A DNA stretch of 64,000 nucleotides from NCBI RefSeq assembly GCF_009914755.1, contig NC_060944.1; one strand, given 5' to 3'. Positions 53,629 through 64,000 of this stretch are shown here, one piece after another. The stretch is from the human T2T-CHM13v2.0 reference genome, Homo sapiens. The translations under genes and the position numbers were made by a program. How positions within the stretch are numbered: position 1 is the first letter of the stretch; every line of letters begins with the position of its first letter. The notes below the pieces were generated by a model. The model was not told where the DNA came from and searched no databases. It saw nothing but the letters and a program-made list of their open reading frames with translations.

Positions 53629-54546
53629 TTTCCTGTCATTTCTAGTCCTTGTTCTCTCTCTGGGGACGCACCTATCGGGAAGCCATGGAGCAGAGCTTCT
53701 TCACTTCTCCACCATTTGTCTCTCACTTACTATTTAGTGAGGGGCCTGGCCTTATTTTTAAAAGAAAAAGAAAAAAGAGAACTAGGTAGGGGGTGTGATG
53801 TCCACCTCAATAAGCCACTACTGTGGACAAGAGACAGACAGAGACAGAGAAAGAAGGAGAGAAAGGGTAGAAAGAGACAGAAACTAAGAAAGAGACATGG
53901 AACACTAACAGAGAGACACAAAGAGACAGGGAATGGAAGAGTCAGAGGCAGAAACAGGAGAGAGGGAGGGAGATGGTTGGAGACAGGAAGAGATCAGAAT
54001 GAAGTCGGGCTTTCTTGCAGACCTGATTTGGGCTGCCCCAATTTACAAAGCTGTAAGAGCCCTGTAGCAAGGACTGCCACTCTCCTCAGGCCACCTTCAT
54101 CCAACACACACATGTACTCATACACACTCATACACACATTCACACACTCCTAAACACACTCATCCTCCAATGCTCATATATGCATGCTCACAAAATGGAG
54201 GAAGAGGCAGGGGCCTCAAAGTAGGGGTGGATTCTGGTCATCAAGAACCCCCTGTGTGACCTTATGCAATGCCAAGCCACATCCCATTTGAGTCTCAGTT
54301 TCCTCATTCGGAAAATAAGCCCGCAGACCTCACTCAGTGGTTTCAAAGCTAAAGGGGATAATGGATGTAAAAAAGTTTTAGAAATAATGGAAAAGTCTGG
54401 AAAAGGACCTTTGGAACTAGGCAAGCTAATTATACAGCTCACATGGAAAATTGCTGGGAAAATGTGCAGTTGAGGAAAGTGGGGAAGGATAATGAGTGAT
54501 CAGGAGCCCTATCAAATCCCAAAACATTCTAAAACTACAGTAAGTT

Positions 54547-54870
54547 TTTTTGTTTGGTTGGTTTTTTTTGTTGTTTTGTTTTTTTTATTTTTTAGACGGT
54601 GTCTTGCTCTAATGCCAGCTGGAGTGCAGTGACGCGATCTTGGCTCACTGCAACTGCTGCCTCCCTGGTTCAAGTGGTTCTGCTGCCTCAGCCTCCTGAG
54701 TAGCTGGGACTACAGGTGCATGCCACCACACCCAGCAAATTTTTGTATTTTTAGTAGAGACGGGGTTTCACCATGTTGGCCAGGATGGTCTCGATCTCTT
54801 GACCTCATGATCCGCCAGCCTTGGCCTCCCAAGGTGCTGGGATTACAGGCATGAGCCACCATGCCTGGCC
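54547..54870 (-). mobile_element. AluS (Sc/Sg-like)
   Basis: TSD cagtaagtt. Confidence 0.93.
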
Positions 54871-54889
54871 CAGTAAGTTCTTTTAAAGG

Positions 54890-55790
54890 CCAAAAAAAGT
54901 TGGATTCCCTTCATATATAAAGAGCACTTACAAAACAGTACAAAAAAGGCCATCACTCCTGTAGGAAATGGAGAAAGGCTCTTAACAGGCAATTCACAGG
55001 AAAAAAAATACAAATGACATCTAAAAGCAAAAAGTTATTCAGTATTTCTCACTATTAACAGAATGTCAATTAAAACAAATTATTTACCCATCAGTCTAAC
55101 AAAGAAATTGCTTGAAAATAAACTGTATGGGGAAGGGAGTGGAGAAATAGACACAGTCACACATTGTTAGTGGGAGTATATATTAACTGATGAAAATTTT
55201 GGAGATTAATTTGTTAGTATCTATCAAAATATTTAAATTCACAAACCATAACTTAACAATTCACCGTTTGAACAGAGCAATTCCACTTCTAGGAATTTAT
55301 TCTACATTTTACATATATACTTGCACATATGCAGGAAGATAATGTATAAAGAATGTTTTGTAGCATTGTTTATAATAGCAAGGGATTGAAAATAAGCCAG
55401 GTACTCATCAAATAAACTATGATACATCCATATAGGGAAATTCTATAGTCATTAAAATGAACGAGGTAGATGGGTTTGGGACAGATAGCCTAGATATATA
55501 ATGAAATAAGAAAGCGATGTCTGAACAGTATGTATAGTGCACTCCCATCTGTGTCCAAAATACATATGTATGTAGGTATTTAAATATAAATCTTTGAATG
55601 GGCACACAGATTTCAGGAGCCATACACAGGAAGCTATTAATGATGATTTCCTTAGGTACATAAGACTGATAACTTCTAGGTAGTAGTCAGTGTCTTTTGC
55701 TTTATGCCCTTCTCTAGCATATGAATTTTTTTTTTTTACCATGAGCATGTATTGTTTGGAATAAGATAATTTTAAGTACATTTTTTCACC
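54890..55790 (+). mobile_element. Old L1 (L1ME-like) 3' region
   Basis: aacaggcaattcacag...cacattgttagtgggagt...agcaattccacttctaggaattta...gcattgtttataatagcaa. Confidence 0.75.
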
Positions 55791-56632
55791 TAAAAAAGGA
55801 GTTAGTATCCATAGTTAGTAAATAATTACAGTGTAAATGTGTTACTTGGGCCAGGATTACCTACAAGCTTCCTGTTATATATGACTTCAGTAACATGGAT
55901 TAGGTCCAGAATCCCCCTTGGGACCACCCTCAGGGTGGGAGCACGCTTTGCCGCCAGTCTCCTGGGAATGAGAAAGTAGGCTAGGCTGCCCAAAATAACC
56001 ACCTGCCATTTCCCAAGCTGGTCACTTTCTCTCCTGAGCCAAGGGAGGCTCTGGTTGGGTGGAAAAGGTGGATTTGTCTTTCCAGGAACCACAACCTTTT
56101 TCTATCGCACTCCTCCTCCCCCTGACCAAGCAACCCTGACATCTAAACCTGTCCTTTGATGCCACCCAGCCCGGAAGGAGATGGCTGGAGTCTAGAAACC
56201 TAGTGCAAGATTAAAATCTGCTCTGCCACAGGTTTATACTGTGATCTTGGGGAAGCCACTCTCTCCCTCTGGGCCTCAGCTTCCCCACATGTCAGAAGGG
56301 GGATGGGATAGGATGATTGCTGAAAGCCCTCCCAACTCTGACCCATTTAACTTAAGTTAGATAGTCATGAGTTCAAATCTGACCTCTGAAAGTCACTAGC
56401 TGTGTACCATTGGGCAAACCACTTCACCTCTCTGAGCTTTAATTTGGTCATCTATAAAACAGAGAAAATAATATACTTCATAGAGTAATTGGGAGATAAA
56501 GTATATAAAGCATTAAAATTGTACATAGCACATAGTAACATCTCAACAAATGGCAGCCATCATCATCATCCAGAGTCTTACTTGGACCTGGCCCCTCAGA
56601 AGTAGCCCTAGTTTAAGGACCTTTCCCACTCA

Positions 56633-57046
<414 letters not shown>

Positions 57047-57354
57047 TGAATTCATATGGAATCATAGGTTAATGTGTGGCCCCATCCAAATCACCCATGA
57101 ATATTATAATTGATTAATAAAGACTAAACCTCTGGGATGGTCAGGAAAGGCTAATGGGTGGGAAGGATTTTGGGACAGGGGCCTCTTGGAATTCAACTGG
57201 GCTTCATTTGCAATATCTTTTCCAGGAGGGGTACATTCCCTCCAGGTACTGTGACAAGCCTTTAAGATTCAGGGAAGGTGTGCATAAAGAGAGCTTTTGA
57301 TGCTGCATAAATTATGTTACTGCGATCACCTCCACATGGAATTGTCCCCAGTAG

Positions 57355-57857
<503 letters not shown>

Positions 57858-58259
57858 TAATTAGCCAGGCATAGAGGCACACATCTGTTAAATGCTTTTT
57901 GTCACCAAAAGCCTCCTAATGACTAGACCCACCTGCTCACCTGACTATCTTCTGGCCCATGACCTCTTTGACATTCTCCTGCATTCCTTCAATAAAACCC
58001 CCTCCTCGTTTTGTTTCTTGAAACCAAATAACCCCACACCCAGCCAGAGCTTTTCCAAGCAACCCCTGCGTATAGATTTTCATGGCAGGCATCTTTGATT
58101 CTGATTTGGAGAAGAAAGTAGCAGGCATTAGGAAGAAATGTAGGGCAGGCTGTGGATCGTGGACGAAACACATAGGGCAGAAAGGTGAGGTAGTGGTGGC
58201 ATCTCTCCAGCCTTGTGCCTCTAAATCAGGCTGACACACACCATGGAGCCCATGGATAG

Positions 58260-58586
<327 letters not shown>

Positions 58587-58707
58587 TGAGCCAGGCATGG
58601 TTCTTGAGCCAGGCATGGTTCTAGGCCCAGGAACTCAGAAAATACCCAGACAGACAGAAATGTCTGCCCTCATGAAGCATCCTTACCTAGTAAGGATAAA
58701 CAGACAA

Positions 58708-58839
58708 TCCATTTATGCCTAGTGTTCCATTATTGGAATGCTAAGCTTGTGGGAGTTATTTATATCCTACTGCTCAAGGTCATCACCAAGATCTGATTTT
58801 TCACACACACAAAAAATTGCAACCTCCGGCATAAATGGG
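58708..58839 (+). mobile_element. MER85 (piggyBac/PGBD3-derived MITE)
   Basis: TIRs (t/c)ccatttatgcc ... ggcataaatggg, right flank TTAA, internal GTTCCATTATTGGAA(T) palindrome; matches recalled MER85 consensus. Confidence 0.9.
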
Positions 58840-59225
58840 TTAAGAAGAGAAACAAGTAGAAATTACAGTGTTTTAGATGTAAGCGCTGTTGGGAAAAGTA
58901 TATAAAGTAGAGGAAAATTGGGAGGTGTCTATAATGCTGTGCAGGATGGCCAAGAAAGGCGTCATGAGATGGTGACAGTCAAGTAAAGACCTGAATGGGG
59001 GAGGATTCCTGCAGATGTCTGGAGAAAGAGTATTACAGGCAAAGGGAACAACACGTTCAAAGGCCCTGAGGTGTGGGAGTGCCCCTCATATGTCAGAGAA
59101 TTGGAAAGCAGGCCAGGGCAGTGAGTGTAGATGACTGAAGGGCAGGTGGGAATACAAGAAGTTAGAGAGTAATGATGGAAAGGAGTGGAAAAATGATATA
59201 GTCCTTCTTGATTTGTGCAATATTC

Positions 59226-59527
59226 TTTTTTTTTTTTTTTTCTTTTTTGGAGACAGGGTCTCACTCTGTCACCCAGGCTAGAGTGCAGTGGCGTGATCTT
59301 GGCTCACTGCAGCCTTGACATCCTGGGCCCAAGTTATCCTCCTCATCCTTGTGAGTAGCTGGGACTACAGGCACATACCGCCATGCCCAGCTAATTTTTT
59401 AATTTTTTGTAGAGATGGGGTTTCGCCATGTTGCCCAGGCTAGTCTCCAACTCCTGGGCACAAGCAACCTGCCTGCCTCAGCCTCGTAAAGTGCTGGGAT
59501 TATAGGCTTAAGCCACCATGCCTGGCC
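59226..59527 (-). mobile_element. AluJ
   Basis: Duplicated atttgtgcaatattc flanks. Confidence 0.92.
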
Positions 59528-59907
59528 ATCAATTTGTGCAATATTCATATGCCATAAATATTATTATTTTGTTACTGTTCCTTAAATTGGTTTGCTTTTT
59601 GTTCGGATACATTTGAAATGAAAATTTTATATCACTACTATAAATGAAGGACAAGTATCACTTGCAACAAATAGAATGTAACCAAATAAATAAATACAAC
59701 ACTGAAACAATTATTAAATTATAGAAAGATGCGGTGGCCTGTAGGAGGCTTAAGTCTGATTGACAGTCTTAGAGAAGTGACAAGGCATACTAGCACCCGG
59801 GTCCTACTTCATGTGCCAAGGGGCAAAAAACATACTAGCACCAAATTGGGAGTTTCTCTGGTATGGTATTTAGTGTTACACTATAGAAAATCATCTCACG
59901 TCCCACT

Positions 59908-60022
59908 AGGCAGGATGACCAAATTGTTGTGGTTTCCCCAGGACTGAGGGGTTTCCTGGGATGTACTTTTACTGCTGTAACTGGGTCAGTCCTGGAAAAA
60001 CCAGGATGGCTGTTCCTCCTAT
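59908..60022. mobile_element. MER94/MER81-like hAT-Blackjack fragment
   Basis: caggatgaccaa...caggactgaggggtttcctgggatg...gtcctggaaaaaccaggatgg. Confidence 0.5.
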
Positions 60023-60095
60023 CACCAGCAGTCCCTCTCCCACCCTGTAGTCTAAGACCATCTGCCTTCAGCTTGCCCTTCTCTACGTTGCCCTT

Positions 60096-60680
60096 TGTGG
60101 TGGCTGACTCTAAGGTGATCCTTACCTCCTGGAGTTGGTGTACCTGGGTCATTCCCTCCCCTTGAATGTAGGTAGGACCTGAAACTTGCTTCTTACCCAT
60201 AAAATATGGCAAAAGTGATGGGATGTCACTTCCATGATTAGATTCCACATAAGATGGTGACTTCCACATTGCTAACTCCTCTCTTTATTGCCTTCTCACC
60301 TTGGCAACTCTCTATTGCCTTCCTAGCTTGCATGATTTGGTGAAGCAAGTAGCTGTTCTGCGGGGCACCAATGGCAACCTCTGGTGAGCAGCCAGCTAGG
60401 AAGTAAGACCCTTAGTTCAAAGGCCTCTAAGGAACCAACTGTTGCCAACAACTGTGTGAGCTTGGAAGCAGATGCTTCCCTCATCGAGCCTTCAGATTGA
60501 GACCCAAGCCCTGACTGATGCATTGATTGCAGCCTCGTGAGAGATCCGAAAGTAGAGTGCCCAGCTAAGTCTGCCCATAGTTCTGATCCACAGAAACTGT
60601 GAGATAATAAACGTGTGTGTGTGTTTTAAGCCATTTAAGTCTATGGCCATTTGATACTCAGGATTACTAATACTAAAACA
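60096..60680 (+). mobile_element. MLT1 (E/F-like) MaLR LTR
   Basis: tgtggtggctgactctaaggtga...ccttgaatgtaggtaggacctg...agcttggaagcagat...cacagaaactgtgagataataaa. Confidence 0.8.
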
Positions 60681-60707
60681 CCCTTTCCAAACTATTGCTT
60701 CTCTGGG

Positions 60708-61395
60708 TATATTAGTCCGTTTTCATGCTACTGATAACGACATACCAGAGACTGGGTAATTTATTTATTATTAATATATATATTTTTTGAGATGGAGCCT
60801 CACTGTGTCGCAGGCTGGAGTGCAGTGGTGGCACAATATTGGCTCACTGCAACCTCCACCTCCCAGATTCAAGCTATTCTCCTGCCTCAGTCTCCTGAGT
60901 AGCTGGGATTACAGGTTCGCACCACTACACCCAGCTAATTTTTGCATTTTTAGTAGAGACAGGGTTTCGTCATACTGGCCAGGCTGGACTCGAACTCCTG
61001 GCCTCAAGTAATCTGCCTGCCTCAGCCTCCCAAAGTACTGGCATTACAGGCATGAGCCACTGCACCCAGCCTGGACTGGGTAATTTATGAAGAAAAGGAG
61101 GTTTAATGGACTCACAGTTCCACGTGGCTGGGGAGGCCTCATAATTGTGGCATAAGGTGAAAGGCATGTCTTACATGGTGGCAGGCAAGAGAGAATATGA
61201 GAGCCAAGCAAAAAAGGAAATCTCTTATTAAACCATCAGATCTTGTGAGACTTATTCACTACCATGAGAACAGCATGGGGGAAACTGCCCCCATGATTTA
61301 ATTATCTCTCACTGGGTCCCTCCCACAACATATGGGAATTATGGGAGCTACAATTCAAGATGAGATTTGGGTGGGGACACAGCAAAACCATATCA
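60708..61395 (-). mobile_element. THE1 (THE1B-like) MaLR solo LTR split by an Alu
   Basis: attagtccgttttcatgct.ctgataa..acatacc.gagactgggtaattta ... gagatttgggtggggacacagcaaaaccatatca. Confidence 0.9.
60765..61073 (-). mobile_element. AluS inserted in THE1
   Basis: TSD gactgggtaatttat. Confidence 0.93.
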
Positions 61396-61939
61396 CTAAG
61401 TCCTGATTATTTGCACGGCTCATTTATGGACCCTGATGTCTTGAGGCTATTGCTCAGCTTCCTACACCTGACCCTCAAGGAACCCTCCCCTATTTCATTC
61501 TGGCTGCCCCCAGCTGAGGTGGACAGTAGCTCAGGTTTCCCTTGGTAGACAGAGCTCAGTATCCCTACGTGAGGGGATCTTCACTCCAAGCCCAACAAAC
61601 AGGAGAATGATGGGAAATTAAGGCCTGGAGATGTTGGAGTCCAGGCCACTGGGCAAGCTGCCTAAAGGAAGTAGGGCTCTAGCCTCTGGTCTGGGGACAG
61701 GGACAGGACTCTCCACTTTTAACTGCTCCCTCCTGGCCATGCCCCAAACTGCAGAGCCCGTATAAGTCACCATTACAGGCCATCTGTTCTCTAGGCCTTG
61801 CTTCTCACTCTCCCTGTTTCCAACCTTCTTGCCCACCCTGTTGGTTTTGTGCCTGGTTCTCTTTTCTTAGCCTAGTTCCATCCATTTGAAAAATCATCTG
61901 GACAGCTGCCCAGATGCCCAATTTGCAAATCAAAATAAA

Positions 61940-64000
61940 CTAATTTTATTACAAAAATAATTTTTGCACATTTTAGGAAAGTTAGGGAAAAAATTAAAAT
62001 AATCACAAAGAAAAAAATTGAAAATCACATAATCATACCACCCAGAAATAACCACTTTTAAACCTGATGTATTTTTTTGACCATATATGATATACGAATA
62101 TTTCTAATGGTATTATACTATAAGTGCTTTTATGGCCTGTGTTTTGTTTATTTTTCCACTTAGCTTTCTATCATAAACATCTTCTCACAGCAATAAAAAT
62201 ACCTCCATCTCATCGTTTTAAGTTTCTGAACAACAGCTGACATAATTTAACTAATTTCTAATGTTGGACATTTAAATTGTTACCAGTTTTTTGCTGTCAT
62301 GTTAAAGTTTAAAGAAATACTTTTGCAATTAGATTGCTGAACACATCCATGACTTCACTAGCAGGACAACTGCTGGGTCAAAATGTTGCATGGTTTGAAG
62401 GCTTTTAATAAGTTTTGGCAAATTTCCTCTAATGACATTGTACCAATCTTCACTCTCCAGGAGCATATGACATTCACTCTCCAGGAGCATATGACATTAT
62501 TTCCCATCCTCATTCTCTAAAACTAGCAATTTTCTTTGTGATTCTGTTTTTCATGGTCTGCCATCAGCAATACCATAATTTCTTTCTTTTTTTTTTTTTG
62601 GAAATGGAGTTTTGCTCTTGTTGCCCAGGCTGGAGTGCAATGGCGTGATCTCATCGCAAACTCCGCCTCCTGGGTTCAAGTGATTCTTCTACTTCGATCA
62701 AGACTGTTTTTGAGATTTGCGTTAAATTATATAACTCTATTCATTTTAACTACTGTTAAATTTTATCTTCATTTTTAAAATTTGTTTTCAGACTAATGTA
62801 ACTTGTTGCTATCCTTGTGCTATTATAAACAATGAGTTAATGAACATCTTCATCCCTGTATCTTTACTAGGGTTTCTATGCAGAAGTGGTTTGCTGGTTG
62901 GTAGGTTAACATTGTTTTTCAAACTTTTTTTATTGTGACCTATGATAATAAGCACATTTTACATCACAATCTCCACATACACAAGTTAAAACAAAAGTTT
63001 CATGAAATAGCCCTTATCTTTATTACTAGAAATGTATTCTGATTCAACTTCCTTTTTAAAATGTCAATTACAACTCACAAATTGATTTTACAACATAGTA
63101 ATGGGTCATGGCCCACAATTTGAAAAATGATGGATTAAAATATATTTGGTTTCACTAAATGCTTTAAAATTACTCTTTAGGGTAGATACACTAATTTACA
63201 AGACAGGTTATCATTGCCCTACACCCTAACCAACACCTGATTTTATATTTTTTTCTTTTTGCCAGTCTGATGTGTATAAAGCAGCATGTCATTGTTATTT
63301 TAATTTTTCTTTCTTTGATGCTAATAAGTTGAGCTTCTCTTTATATGTTTATTCACTAATTGAGTTTCTCAGAGAGTGAGTTTGCCTATTTTTTGTATTG
63401 GGTTGCCAGGTTTCTTCTTGCTGATTTACTGCTGAGTTTCTTATATAATTTAGATTTTAAATCCTTTTATTGTTATTGAAAATATACTGTAAATACCTTT
63501 CCCAGTCTGTTGATCATTTGTTAGCTTTGTCTGTGTTGTCATTTATAGAGCAGAAAACCACCAATTACTTTATGGTTTGGACTTTTTGTTTCTTACTTAA
63601 GAAATGTTTCCCTAACCCAGTGTCATAAAGATTTGCCTATAAACGTTTTAGCTTCTTAAACTAGCTGAAGTTTGTTTTACATGCTGTGAGATAGGATCTA
63701 TTTTTATTTTTTCCATACAACCAGATATTTTCCCCAACACCATTAAAATAATCCATCTTTTCCTTACTGATTTCTGTTGTCAATTCTATCACATACCAAA
63801 CATCCACATACACAGTTCTGTTTCTGGATTCTTCTCTTTTGTCCCACTAGTCCACATCTGGTAGGGTGATCCCCATCTCTGCTCTTAATTTTGAAAATAG
63901 TTCTTTTAGCTATTTATGGAACTTTATTCTTCCATGCAAACTTTATAATTTGCTTCTCTAATTCCTCTCCCCCAAATATTTGGTAATAATTACATGAATT
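61940..64000 (-). mobile_element. Fragmented old L1 (L1ME-like) with nested Alu fragment (62579-62695) and hAT-Charlie-like element (~62911-63132)
   Basis: AT-rich antisense L1 motifs (ttggacatttaaattgttaccagttttttgct; ttttgccagtctgatg; tccccaacaccatt); inverted ends cattgtttttcaaa...tttgaaaaatgatg. Confidence 0.7.

Overview
Primate (almost certainly human) genomic DNA, not prokaryotic. It holds the 5' part of RIMS4 (RIM4-gamma, presynaptic C2B-only RIM) on the minus strand: CpG-island promoter with coding exon 1 (46047-46143), a ~38.8 kb intron 1, exon 2 (7147-7285/7288, NAGNAG acceptor), the start of intron 2, and ~17.5 kb of upstream intergenic DNA. The rest is mostly repeats: about 24 Alus, MIR/L2, old L1, ERVL/MaLR LTRs (MLT2A, LTR16, MLT1, THE1) and DNA transposons including a piggyBac MER85. 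Nearly all listed ORFs are spurious. The best candidate for an undescribed system is in the RIMS4 leader. A perfect Kozak (GCCGCCGCCACC) precedes an in-frame ACG, which would add 35 N-terminal residues. A strong out-of-frame AUG follows; its 49-aa ORF overlaps the annotated AUG and stops in an AUGA overlap with in-frame Met24. Other signals: two strong REST/RE1 sites in intron 1 (one apparently L2-derived), a perfect RFX X-box, a long CU-rich PTBP-type tract before frame-shifting exon 2, and CCG repeats in the leader. Gene identity and repeat family names come from recall, not database searches, and repeat boundaries are approximate.
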